From positions 186,001 through 250,000 of the forward strand of contig NMRA01000086.1 in NCBI GenBank assembly GCA_002633005.1: a stretch of 64,000 nt of DNA, written 5' to 3'. The stretch comes from Phoronis australis (taxonomy: Eukaryota; Animalia; Phoronida). A model generated the notes under the pieces. It made no database searches and was not told the origin of the DNA. It saw nothing but the letters and a program-made list of their open reading frames with translations. Numbering within the stretch: position 1 is the first letter of the stretch; each line of letters starts with the position of its first letter. The position numbers and the translations under genes are program-made. Shown piece after piece: positions 18,409 to 31,840 of the stretch.

Positions 18409-21252
18409 ATGATCCCTCGTATCATCGTGAAGTGTCGGTTCATCTTGTTGTCTGTGTTTCTTGGTGTTTTTGGCCTCATACTCATAGCTCTTCTCCATCA
18501 TGGTAAATCTGTCAGTGTTCTCTCACAAGGTCCTGCTTTAAGGACTACATTATATGCCAATAATGCTCTTCATCAAAAGGCTGGAGACAAATATGACGGA
18601 GGCATGGTCAATAGACAACTGTTAGCCGGAACCATGTTCTTCGACTCCAATGATGTTGTACGGTTTTCCAAACCAGTGACAACCTCTGTTGTTCATTCGT
18701 TTTCGACAGACACTATCAAGGCTGTTCGGCGGATTTTTCAAGATTTCGCCGGGGATAACATGTTTCGTGCTACTGTGCCAGCATTGATTAGAAGAAATGG
18801 TGTAATCTTATTGGTGCAAAGAATATGGTTGTCCCAGTATGAGCATGCTGCGTATTACAACAAAAATCTAAACTGGACAAACTACTGGCAGGAAAACTTC
18901 TTTTACACACAGGTAAATAATAATTATAAACATTTATTTGAAAATGAAAATATATGCAGAAGTTCTCAAGAAAGCTCCAATAAAACTACCTTCTGTCAAC
19001 TTTTTAATTAGTCCTGTGGATGTTTATAAATCTGCATGGCCTCAACTTGTTCTTTGCTCAGATGGGAAGTGATTTCTGGGTTGACAAAGAAATGACAGTC
19101 TGTTATTGCGTGAGGTCATCCTCTGCATTAAATGTCCTGCTGTGACAATCCCAACTTCTTCAGGCTGTTTTTGAGTAGTAATGAACTGCCAATTCACCCT
19201 AAACCTACAGAACTCATTTCTAAACTAGGAACCAACATATTGCTTCCTAGATCTAAGTAAGCGACATGTTGAGACCAGTTTTACAATGATCAGTGGTCAG
19301 AATCAAAGGTTTATTGTTTATGAAAGGCGAGTTAATTTGCCCTTTTAAAAGGATACCAAACCCAGTTTTGGCTTACTAGCAGATATGAAAAATGACTTCC
19401 CAGTTCAGTTCTCTGAAACAAAATAGTGTTCAGTAAACCCTCAACAACTCAAAAAGTTTTGGAGCAAAATTTGGAAACTCCTTAAAAAGACTGCGAAACG
19501 GGCAAGCAGGACCCACGCTTTGAGCGAGTTACACAACTGCAGGGAAAGATCACACCCCGATTTATGTCACAGAGGATAGTGGGATTCCAGTGATGCATCA
19601 ACAGGTGACAGCATATTTGTTGATATATTTGCATATATAGGCACATACAGGGATTTTCACTATGTGTTCCAGGTGCAGTGTTAAGTATGTAAAATTTTCC
19701 TTCCCATCATCAAAGCAGCCTCCACTGCATCACTAGGTACCGCTTGCTCCTTGAAGATGTCCAAAGAATTGACTGCTTTCCTTGAGACCATGCTCGGTGT
19801 ATAAAATGACATATTGTATAGCAAGCCAACTTGTAGAGGCTGGTCTTAGATCTTTCAAAGAACTAAAATCCCTAATTCGACAAAGCAATAATTTTAGAGT
19901 GGTGTAAGTATAAGTTAGTGTTAATGATGGAAGCCAAGCTTGAAGCTAGGCTTGAAGTGTTGGCTAGCTCTCACGGTCCTTTTAATCCATCAACAAAAAA
20001 TAAAACCGACTTCATGTGTCATTGTTTTGCAATTGTGATTCATTTCAGACTTTCGACGAGAATTATCAACCATTATCCAAGGGCGAATTAATGGGAATTC
20101 CATCTCCAACCAACCTCATATATGAGTATCGGAGTGATGGACCTATGGATCCCCGACTATTCTCTGTAAAAGATGACACTTTTGTGATCTTCCACACATG
20201 GGCCAGCTACACTAAGGGTATTTGAAACATTGCATGTCATTGATTTACGTTTGGTTTTGTTAAAACTCTTGATGGGCAGGTACAATTTTAGGTTGCAAAA
20301 CAAAACAATACATATTAAACTTTTTAAAGTAGCTGAACTGGAAACCAAACAAAGGTACCCCAGTGTTGTTTTTTTCTGTTAAAATCCTCTATGGTTGACA
20401 GTCACGGCCTTTTTAAAGCACTGCATATCAAAATTAGACCCAATGAATAGAAAGCATTAACATTATTGTGACTGAATTTGTCATTATAATTGCCTTTTAA
20501 CTTTATTATATTCAGGTAATCCAAAGAAAACTGCTTCGAGACTGCACTTATGGAATTTCCAAGAGAATGCCAAAATACGACTAGACACTACTGACTTGAA
20601 ACTGATGACTACAGAAATCAACTGGTGCCCTGTTGTGAGAAATGACACACTGTACCTGCTCTACACTTTTGATCCTCTCAGAGTTCTTCAGTGTAACCAT
20701 GGAAACGGCAACTGTAAACTGGTGCACTCTACTGAGAATGCGGATCAGCACAGCTTTGAACACGTTGTGGACCATTTACGTGGTGGAACACCATTTGTAG
20801 AGTACACATATCCATACTTCATCAGTTTTGCCCATTCTGTATTGGTTACTACGAACAGCAAGTCTGTATACACAATGCATTTGGTTGTGATCTCTGTAGA
20901 ACCGGTGTTTAGAATAGTGTATGTTTCTGCACCAGTAGACGTTAGCAAAGAACTGTTGTATTCCGTCCCGATTGTACGGAATTTTACTCTACATTCACCG
21001 TTTGTTTACCCCGTGGGTATAATCATGTGGAACAAAGACCTTGTTGATATTGGTGCGCATCTCAATGATTTTGATGGACACGTGATACGATTTAGAGGCA
21101 TTCAAGGAATAATGGATAAAGTTATTATAATTGATCAATTGCATGAAACGAAGCATGGTGCACGTGCAAGACAAATTCAGGCGGAGGTTGCCAAAAGTGT
21201 TGATATTCACACAGAACACAAGTTGACATTTCAAGGGGTGAATGTTGGATAA
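18409..21252 (+). CDS. Type II membrane protein with GT91 (beta-1,2-mannosyltransferase/Bmt)/GH130-like five-bladed beta-propeller motifs, 469 aa
   Basis: Exons 18409-18912, 20049-20217 and 20516-21252 are joined by GT-AG introns in frame (1410 nt). There is a short basic N-terminus plus a TM helix (FILLSVFLGVFGLILIALL). Motifs GPMDPRLF, EINWCP, LRGGTP and FISFAH resemble the GPEDPR, EKNW-P and RGGT motifs of Bmt-type proteins. AATAAA at 21294. The gene model is firm; the family call is less certain. Confidence 0.72.
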
Positions 21253-22170
21253 AATGTTCAAAATACTAATGTGATTTTACTACGCCATTAAATAATAAAC
21301 AACGTACGTTTAGATAAATTACATCAGACACATACAAATACCTCGTCGAGCCCAACAGAAGGATGCATTTCAGGAGCATGGCTCAGTAATGTCCAACCAC
21401 CTACCTCGTAGTGGAAGCAATTTTTTATCACAGATCTCTCCATGCACATAGCACTAAATACTGTGTGACATTTTTCCATTGTAAAGTATACAGTTAGTTG
21501 TACTATTTACTTATACACATGATTCAGTGTTGCAACATCATCAGGGCCCGAAATCAAACTCTAAATTCTTTTTTGGCATTTTCTATTCTACTTTTTAGTG
21601 TGAACTGAAAATAGTTGTATTATTTATTCCATACTAGAGTACATAATGGCTTTACATAAAAAACTTTACTAGTTTGTAGCATGAGTTTCCACACAAATAG
21701 AAGAGAAAATACCAAAATCAATTTCAAGTTCAATTTGAGCCTGGCCCCAGGTGTACCATCAGCAATGAATATTCAGGGTATAGAAAATGAAAAATATGCA
21801 ATTCCCTTATTCAGTGTGATACTCCGGTTGTCTACAACCATCTTGCTATGAATGCCACTATTTACCTTTTTATGGACGATTCGATGAAATGTGAAAAGTA
21901 CAACACCAAAAGTAATCTCGCAACATGGGCTGGAATTCCAGTCCTGTCAGGAATAAGTTTCTTCTCAAATAGAAGAGAGCAGTGTTGGTGTCTGACGACT
22001 GGCAGCTGTAAACCGCCAGTCTTCACATGACTGAAGTTTCTTTGTAGACACAGGTCAGTCCATGCCTCATTGGTTTGTTAGGATGTTTGGTGTATCCTCT
22101 CTGCAGTGTAACAATCGTCTTCTCAACAACCCTGTGGCATCGCAATAAAGCGTGTAGACACTCAATTAGC

Positions 22171-25100
22171 TTAGTATGGCTGAAAGTTGCTAGTCAAATA
22201 CAGGAGAGCAGTGCTAGCTTCAGTTGTCTGTATATATGCCTGCTGAATAGTCTCTGCGTCGGCGGTGTGGAACGTTTCCTCCAGTTTGTCCCCGCTGGCC
22301 TGGTGCATGATGGGAGCGTGTATCTCTACAACTTGAGGCACTGTATCTTGAGGTGTCGGTAACTCCACCTGTTTGAAAAATATCAGAATATTACTCACAG
22401 ATCTAAAATTCATTTCCTACACACACATTCCATGAAAATCCAACACTTGATTTCATTCTCTCTCTAATAATATGAGCAGGGACTGTTTCATGAAAAGTGT
22501 TTGATAGAAATTATTCTCCCACTTTGCAGCAACTGAATCCATCGGTCTAGAAAGGATTTATAGAAATTATTTCAGTAACCAGATTTTGCACCAAATGAAA
22601 TTTAATATTTTCCAAATTAGGAGTGTTGCATGAAGCACCAAATTTGTGACTTACTTAAGTATCAAGTCACCTTTCATGAGCCAGACCCCTTGCCTTCAAA
22701 ATGTCCGACTACAAGCAACTTGACGCTGTGCCATAATGATTACAACAACATTTTTAGCTCGCAAAAATTGTACTGCAATCGAGCTCTCTGTTGTGGAGGA
22801 CATTGCTACAACTTTACTCAACAAAAATTCTTCACATTTGAGGTGTCCATATGTCCTTACTCATATCATTGAATAAAGAAATAACTTATTTATTTTCATG
22901 TATATTTACAACAAGTGGAAATGGAACAAATAGCTGTGATGACAAATTGTCATCAACAGTTTATTTGGTTTTAAAAATATACTTTCCATGTAACTTACCA
23001 TGACATTGCCTACAACAACTTTTGAATATTGCTGCTCTGACCCCTTCTCCACTATGCTCCGCATGCCTGGCGTGTCGTGCGTTCGTTGGTGCCGCTCCAG
23101 TGAATACTTGGTGTTGAACCGCTTGTCGCACAGTGGGCAGGGGTGTGAGCGCGGGTTCGAGTGAATGTTCTGCATGTGTTTACGCTGTACTGCCTTGGTC
23201 TTGAAGTTGGCACCACAGATCTCGCAGAGGAAGGCGCGCACGTTGGTGTGCATCACCACATGTTCCTTTAGATGAGCCTGCAATATCAAGTAGTCGGCAA
23301 CCATGTGAACAGGGCATAAATCCTAGAAATACCTGGTGCTCTGTGAAGTGAATCCTTCCATTGTATAAAATGTGATGGGAAACCATGTGAACGGGACAAG
23401 GAATACTTTTTAGACAAATTATGTCCCATCTGACTCGTATACCATACATACATATATGTCCAAGTTGATCAAGTAGTGGAGAATTAAGACAATGAGACTA
23501 GGCTGAAAAAACATGGTTGTTACTTATAGTATCTTTTTCACATTTTTCCCACTGTCTGAAAGAACAGTTGCTTCATGAGAATGTTCACCTTGAAAATAAG
23601 CATATTCAGAAGGTCAGGACTCTGGCATGACAACAGTCCAAATAAAATACCAATGAGATTCAGATTCTACAGATCTAAATCTTTCCATTTTAAAATGCAA
23701 AAGTCTTGTTTGTTTTAAGCTATGATTGGCAGTTAAATTTAAATACATGACTGGACTATAAATTCAGCAAAACATAGCTATTGTGTGTCACAGATTTATT
23801 CAAACATATTCCAATCTTTTCATTTAATAGTAATGTGTCAAACAAAATAATTTGCCAGGAAGTGAACAGACAGAAATCAAAACTATTCTCACTATCATAT
23901 CCGATTTCCTACCTGTGATTTGAATAACTTATGACAAGTTGGACAAGGGAACCTGTATTTCCTATCGTCTCGGTTGATGTGAGTTAACTTATGCTGGTTC
24001 AGGGCATCAGGTCGTTTGAACGCCTTGCCACAGAGGTCACAAAGGAAAGGTCGTCGATTAGTGTGCACATTTTTGAGGTGGCGGATAAAGTGTTCTTTGC
24101 CTGAAAATAAAATGCAACAGAACATGCTACGATACAGTTCACCAGGGGGTAACCCTCTAAATATTAAACCTTTCCTGCACATTTTCATAGATTTAGAAGA
24201 TGGTGTTTTTGTGACCAAAAGTCAAATCAAAATATTTGCCCAGGTATATTGGCATTGCTATATATACGACAGAGAGCATAAACAAATGTCGCCACCGCTT
24301 AAGCGAAATCCCCGGAATGCTCTCAATAATTGTGGCAGGCACTGTTTTAATAAAGGGCTGAAATTTCACTGTCAGTGGTTCAAGTTTTAAGGTCTAGTTC
24401 CCTCTGAAACTTGGCAATTTTCAGGGTTCAACTAAACATAGTATGTACCCTGGGCATATTTTCAGATCCAATGGGCATACATTCAACACAGACCTCTCAA
24501 ATTTTGGTACTGTAATAGTTGTTCATGGCTAGCGTGAACCATGTGTTCATCCATGCATCTATGATTCTATCACAAATCTCACTTATCTACGCTGAATTTG
24601 CAGAAAATTGATGAATCAATAACAAGTGGATTCTGAACTTTTGATGACTACGCCGAGTCTGTATAACAAGTCAGTGACATTACAGTGCCCTCAATTTTGG
24701 GGCCGAAATTGCCCACGACATATATTTAAAAATTATGTGAAGTTTCTTTCACTGGGCCAAAACATTTCTCTTCAATGATTAAAAATTCCCTTCAAAGTTA
24801 GAATCACTTATGCAAAATGTTAGTATTGCAGATGAGGGGAGGCAATCGCGGAAGGTGAAATTGAGAATTTGAGGTGATGAGGGGGAAGGGATTTTTCCCT
24901 TCACCAAGGAAGTCCCCCCCCTCAGAATGTGCAGGCAACTTTCCTCACAGGTGAACGAGGGCCCTGCACTTGAGGACTGACAACAATCCATGATCAGACT
25001 TACGAGTAGACACATAAGAACACTGTTTACACTGAAACGTATTGTCAGTGTAGAAGTTCAGAAGATCACGGGCACTTTCATCCAATTCACCACCTTGGTC

Positions 25101-28100
25101 GCCGATATGGTTGTGCACGTCAAAAGGTATCAGGCCACTGTGAGCCTGGAACAGAGAAAAGCATACACTAGCCAGCTGGAAAAATCAAGTGAATGCGTAA
25201 ATGAAAAAAAATCCAAAACAAAATATTAACACAGAGTCAAAACTACTTGTACATGCTACAAAAAGTATTACAACAACAGCTCCTTCACTCAGACAGATTT
25301 TGATTAATACCAACTAGCTATTGTCAGTTCCTTATGAACCCAATTGTTGGGAATAAACTTGTTAAACCTGGATTTAACTTGTTTAACAACTTTTTGATTG
25401 TTTCTATAAAATGCAAAGCAACTTGCAGCAACAGTGTCCCAATTTATTTCCTTCAGATTTCAAAACATGAGTTAGGGAAATAGTATTCCAACAGCATCTC
25501 AATTTATTTCCTTCAGATTTCAAACCATGAGTTAGGGAAATAGTATTACAACAGCATCTCAATTTATTTCCTTCAGATTTCAAAACATGAGTTAGGGAAA
25601 TAGTATTACAACAGCATCTCAATTTATTTCCTTCAGATTTCAAAACACGAGTTAGGGAAACAGTATTCCAACTACTGGAAACATAAACTTAAGTTAGTTC
25701 AGCTTGTATTTTGTGACGTCACGTCTTCAACAACATATGCATTAAGTCCAACTCACTAATATGACAGATGGTGCACACACTAAAACAGGGAAGTCACCTC
25801 TGTTTGATAAATCATTCAGGAACTCGCATGCTCATACCCTATATAACTCATGACGAAATACATTGGTTTGAATAATAAAAACACCACATCTTGATATCTG
25901 ACCCTAAAATCACCGGTCAAATGAAAACAGAAACTTACTTGAAGATGTCTCTCATAGTGGGATGAAAATTTTGTTGTATATGTACACTGTGTGCAAGCAT
26001 ATTCTTTTTCTGGAACACACAATAACAAAAACAAAATAAATATACATGTCCCCACCGCCTTACAATATTTAACTTCTGGACCCGAGATCTAATTCCTGTA
26101 CCCAAAACTCAACTCGAAAAATGACCAATCGCATGTCATGCTTTGAGTAAACTTACAACTTAGTACTCCAATCATAGGGCATAAGTGGTTGATTTTAGTG
26201 TATGACACAAATTAAAGCTCCGAGATTAAACCCTGGGTCCAGAAAACCCATGTTGTATTTGCTGGCTATATTTAAGAAATAATAGTAACTGTCAAACCCT
26301 GTCCACTGCAAAAATGGATATTATCAAACTGATTTCTGACAAAAATGGCTGAAAAAAATCAATTGGAATGATGTCACAATGCTGTTGTCTGACAATTGCC
26401 TTAAGGTTTTTCTAATTAAGAAAGACAGCATCCTTTATTCTGAACAATTGCTATATGAAATTGAATGATTGATTCACCACAGCTAGTTTCATTGCGGCAG
26501 ACTTTAATTCTGAGTTTAAAATTTAAAATTGATTCGGTTACTGTTGCATGACCATTTTAAAAACGAACGGAAGAATGAAATAATTTTGCAAACAATTTAT
26601 CTTTTGTTACCGCAGTTTTGTTATTTTGTGACTGTGTTAACTATTATCAAACATCAATGACCAAGGAAAAACTTACTAGGCTGAGATTCATGCTTCAGTT
26701 TGATGTGTTTGTTGAGATGAAAATGGTTGAAGGTTGTGAATGAACAGTGGCTGCAGTGCATCAGCTGAAAACACAAGTCAATGTTGAACTTGCATTGACT
26801 GAGTTATTTTATCCCAGTAAACCAAAATACATCTCAGCTGAAAGGCTCACTAAGAATAACCGCACCACAGTACATACTTCACACATTTGATGATCAAAAG
26901 AATTGAGCAGTATCCATCTTTGTATTTTTGTCCAGATTACTGTAAGTGGCAAGCATAAACAGTGATTCATCATGTCCTTACAACCACACTAATGATAATC
27001 AATCAAGAGGTCAAGCAGTGGCAGATTTGGGAGGGAGACAGGAGACATGGCCAAAAATAGTTTGGAATGCATGAAACAGTACCACCAGCAAAATTGCAGA
27101 TTCACCGCCAACAGGCTCACCAACATCAGAAAGTTGTAAATTAAACTGACATTGAACACCACAAAGTATACACATTGCACAGCATTTATTTAATCAGGCT
27201 TTCGTTACGCCACTAAGAAATGCAACCAGATTGGGCACAAAAATTACCTCGAAGTTCATTAGGTGACACTAGAGACACAAAAGTCTGACTGTGGAAAAGG
27301 ACACGTCCTTCAGATCACATGGCACATTTCTTCAAGAAATGTCCCCATTATGGTGAACAGTGTTCTGCTCAGATGATAAGAAAGTATTCATTCTTTGTTA
27401 GAAATAGCGAGTGAATACTGAACTGGCCAAAGGAGGGGCAGTGAAAACAAATTATGGACTTGGCATTTTACCTCACTTTCATCTCTATGTTTCAGTTCGT
27501 GTCGCCTGACATGAACTTTCCTCAATGCTGTGAAGTCACACATGGAACACTTAAATAAGTTTGACGCAGCATATTTCCTATGCACTGAGAGGTGCTTTGC
27601 AAAATGACTTTGCCGCCTCGTCTTGAAGGAACACCTTTTGCAGAAGAACTTGAAAGGAGTCAGCTTATCATTATCTTTCCTGTAAACGTATGTGTGTTCC
27701 TCCAATGTATGATCGCTAGTCTTTTCTGAAATATGGAAACAGTTGTATTTGTAGGATCTATAGGGTAAACAAAATACACCATCATTTGCATAATTACACA
27801 CTATCAGACAATCTCTGAGATCTCATACTCATGTGGTACACGTCAAAAATAATTGGAACAATCCACCTTCTGTTACCATGGTTTGAGCAATGACCTGTCC
27901 TCCCCCAGTACTCTGACCATCAATAGCCACTTTCCGATATAGTGTTGGCATTCTGAAATTTACATGGTCACTAAATGACAATAGGGTATTTTGGTTGCAA
28001 ATAAACAGCGCCACCTAGTTTTCATGCAACTTGTCAGAGATTCTAACAGTATAATTCCATATTGTTTTTAAATTTTTTGCTATCACTATCCCATCAAATC

Positions 28101-31100
28101 ACAATTACTGTGCAGTGGGATGTTCAAACCACTCAAAAAGTCCAGCCACCAATTGCCAGTGAATGAAAGAAATTACATTTCATCTTCATTAACTGTGCTC
28201 ATCTTGACCATCCAAATTTGAAATAGGATGAAAACAGAAGTTGCTCTTCAAATGCTAAAAAGTAGTATATCGAATGCCTTCCATTCTGTTTGCATTTAGA
28301 AGTCATGACAAAGAATTCTTCAAACGTTCAGTCAACTCATTTTGACATTAACCGTCTGTAATTGAAGTATTCCATATTAAAAAAATGTTTAAATTACTCC
28401 ACGTCACAGCAAAGTCTGAGTAATGCAAGGTTTGAATGATTTCCACACAAAATTCTATCTAATGGTATGTCTCAATAATGTTTCTCTTTGTCCTTGATGA
28501 AATCATAAGATAGTCACATTTCCACAAAATACGAGAACCAAAGATATAACCCATGACAATTACTTTGGTATCATGGCAACAAAAGCATTCCACCCATTCT
28601 CCTATATTATGACTAACCAAGGTTAAACAATATACAATATCTAAAAACTCAATGTGTCTATCTTCAAGCCCTCTTGACCACACCTGGGAAGGTTTTGCTT
28701 ATTGACAATGTATAACAAGAGCAATGCCGAGCGTTGAAATGCGCCCACAATTGCACCGTATACGGTGTCCTTTTAGGGTTGTTTATTGGTACCATAAAGT
28801 GGCCAGTAGAGGGCATATATGTAGTATGTTGTACTTTGCAAAATGGAAAGGCATGGTCATTGTCTCCTCAATAGGCTAGGGGCAAAATGTGAGTGATCTT
28901 CATAATACAAGCACATCATATACATCAGTTGCTTAAAGCACCACAGAAACATAGAATTAAAAACAAATTTACCAACATACGAGATTAGCACAGCATTAGA
29001 ATGCCAGAAACAAATTTCTACTTGGAACTTTTCCTTCATAGTCACGAAGTNNNNNNNNNNNNNNNNNNNNNNNNNNNNNNNNNNNNNNNNNNNNNNNNNN
29101 NNNNNNNNNNNNNNNNNNNNNNNNNNNNNNNNNNNNNNNNNNNNNNNNNNNNNNNNNNNNNNNNNNNNNNNNNNNNNNNNNNNNNNNNNNNNNNNNNNNN
29201 NNNNNNNNNNNNNNNNNNNNNNNNNNNNNNNNNNNNNNNNNNNNNNNNNNNNNNNNNNNNNNNNNNNNNNNNNNNNNNNNNNNNNNNNNNNNNNNNNNNN
29301 NNNNNNNNNNNNNNNNNNNNNNNNNNNNNNNNNNNNNNNNNNNNNNNNNNNNNNNNNNNNNNNNNNNNNNNNNNNNNNNNNNNNNNNNNNNNNNNNNNNN
29401 NNNNNNNNNNNNNNNNNNNNNNNNNNNNNNNNNNNNNNNNNNNNNNNNNNNNNNNNNNNNNNNNNNNNNNNNNNNNNNNNNNNNNNNNNNNNNNNNNNNN
29501 NNNNNNAAAAAACAAAACTGCCACTAGGAGGCGCCACAGTAGTCAAAATCGTCGGAAAATCATCGTCAACCGTCCGCTACATAGTAAACATATACATGCC
29601 AATTTTCACAATCATCCTTCGAGCGGTTTGGTTGATAGAAGGGTGGACGCACAAAAACAGACTCGAATACACTAAAAATGGCCACTAGGTGGTGCAAACT
29701 ATGTCGAATCCATATGAAAACGGGAGGATAGCGTCATCGCACTAATAGGTGCCTACATACCAAATTTCATGAAAATCCGTTCACGACTTTTGAAGATACA
29801 AAGGTAAGCGTAAAAAAATTAAAATTGCCACTAGGGGGCACACCAGTAGTCTGATCCGTCCAAAAGTTCGCACATGCCGTCCCATTCATGAATGGAACAT
29901 ATGTGCCAAATTTCATGAACGTATGTCAAAGGGTTTTGGAGATAAAGCAGCGGATGCCGGACGCCGGATGGACGCCGCCCGGACGGACGAGATGACGGCA
30001 TAATGCGTCCACATATAAATATGTGGGCGCAAAAAAATCCATTACCCGACACGTTTTCCTTTGAATCCTCCTTGTTCAAATGTAAGATATTTTCCTCAAT
30101 GACACCATTCAGAGATGGAGGTGATTTAGATGGAACTGATTTCCTCGGCCTACCACGTCCCCGTTTGGGTTTTTCCATCACAGCCTCTTCTTGGCTATCA
30201 TCTACTTCCATCCCCATCATTTCTGCATAAAATCCTCGACCAGGCCGCGCACGTAAGCGGCCAGCCTGAAGCAGCTGACAGTCAACTGCCTTGTCTTCGG
30301 TTTCCACGACAGTTTTCTTAACATCTAACTTTGACGCATTTTCGTGGTCATCCTCTGTCAAACCTCCATTCCAGTGCCTTTTCAAAGCCTTCTCAATTCC
30401 AATCATTGAGGAAAGATCACCGTTTATGGCGTACTGTCCAGATTGCAACAGAACTACCTCGCAGCGAATATCTGACTCTTGCAGTAGTTTGAAAAAGAAT
30501 TCTTGCTTGTCTGGAGGAAGGGTTTGCACTATAGCATCCGAAAGCACAGCCGAAACTCTGCAGAAAATCTGCAAAAATCAGACAATTAGAGGCACATTAA
30601 CTTCATGTATGAGTTCTGAGTATGAAAACAGTTGCTACAAACATACACAAACATTTACTGATACTAGTACATACAAGCAACCTCAATTGCCACGTAACTA
30701 ATCACTCCACACAAGTTATCATCTTTTTGCTAGTCCCATTTAAATTATCAAAAAAGCATGAATAAGCTCATATTACAAATTGTATTTTGGTAGAGCTCAT
30801 TGCACAAAAATAGACCTAACCCTACTAATTACAAGCAAATACCACCGAGTAAGTTATCACCTGGGTAGCTGACTTGCACTGATGTTACATTCCCGATTGC
30901 TAATTGTCAATCAAAATCCAAAAGCAATTATCAGAACATTATAACTTAATCTTCTCCCAATTTATTCTTCGTCATTCAACTTCTCCAAGCAATGGGTAAT
31001 AGAAACGAATCCCATTTACCAGAATCTGTTGCATTTTTTAAAATGAGATTTGGTTACCTGCCAACAAAGTTGTCCTAGCAACATGTCATCATCTATCCTT

Positions 31101-31840
31101 TGCTGGCGTCATTTTACTACGGCTTTTGAAAGTAAAAGGTTCTGCACACGTCAATGAAAGGGTTAATTGGTTCTTCAATTCGAGCGGCTATAAACCAGCT
31201 TTCTGTCGCAAAAAAGTGATTTTTGATTTAAACGAATTACCGTGGCAAAATAGGTCTCAAATTGTTCCCTCGTCAAATAAGAGGCGATTTCTTGGCTTGA
31301 AAAGAACTGGCAGTTCATCATTCCAGATCAGGTTCTATAAATTGGCGTGTCACGGCAGGTCATTTTATACATATAACATCATGGTACTAGTATCAAACAA
31401 TCCACCGCAGTTTCTCAATCATTCTGCCATAGTTATCAGATTGTTTGTCATTCAAAGAGTGAAAAGGCTCAACTTTAAACCAATTAAGTTTTATACACAG
31501 CCTTACTTGTATTTTGTGTTTTATTGTATGCATGTTGCTATCACTAACAATCATCTCTGTTCTCTAATCCCCAAAACAAAAGAAGTGGTTGATGAAAGTC
31601 CAGGGGCTGAGGTACCTTAAAATGAGTATTCAAATTCTCACAATTAAAAAGCACAGTTTTAAATTAGAAGACATATTTCACCTGCATTAGTTGCCCATCT
31701 ATCTGATGACCATCTCCAAGATTGTCCTTGCTTGTAGACTCTTCAGGTGTATCAAACAAACTGTTCATTTCCAGCGGTGACTGACTGGTACACACTTCAT
31801 TGGCACTGCCCCACGCATGTGATGGAGGGACTGTGGCCAT
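22171..31840 (-). CDS. AT-hook and C2H2 zinc-finger transcription factor (9 fingers, about 633 aa)
   Basis: Nine exons in frame: 31840-31682, 30568-30046, 27725-27472, 26764-26677, 26009-25939, 25145-25004, 24100-23913, 23277-22999, 22368-22171 (1902 nt). AT-hook KPKRGRGRPRK. Fingers include CKRC..H..H, CSMC, CSHC, CTQC, CKQC, CDLC, CPTC, CEIC and CPLC. One intron spans the assembly gap. Confidence 0.88.
25430..25675. repeat. 60-bp tandem repeat, about 4 copies
   Basis: AATTTATTTCCTTCAGATTTCAAAACATGAGTTAGGGAAATAGTATTACAACAGCATCTC repeated in register on four consecutive 60-nt lines. Confidence 0.95.
28713..30037 (-). mobile_element. Helentron-associated/DINE-1-like non-autonomous element (spans the N gap)
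   Basis: On the minus strand: T-run, subTIR GCGCCCACAT with a nearby partial inverted copy, GTCC-type microsatellite, about 150-bp internal repeats, second subTIR TGTGGGCGC and a terminal ...CTCTTGTT. Confidence 0.65.
29051..29506. other. Assembly gap
   Basis: Run of N. Confidence 1.

Noticed and set aside
10857-21252. Microbial contamination or chimeric assembly as the source of the glyco-genes
   Set aside because: Both genes have spliceosomal introns, host-like composition and host-type repeats nearby, and are contiguous with ERCC3 and the zinc-finger gene without a gap.
25430-25675. Regular repeats as a possible CRISPR array (also 46390-46674 and 9801-9970)
   Set aside because: Head-to-tail units without unique spacers, in a eukaryotic context with no cas genes.
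28857-29675. Long ORFs crossing the gap
   Set aside because: Artefacts of translating N.
31126-31620. 164-aa plus-strand ORF inside a zinc-finger intron
   Set aside because: Non-ATG start and no recognisable motif. The opposite strand has several stops. It may be decayed repeat sequence but is unsupported.
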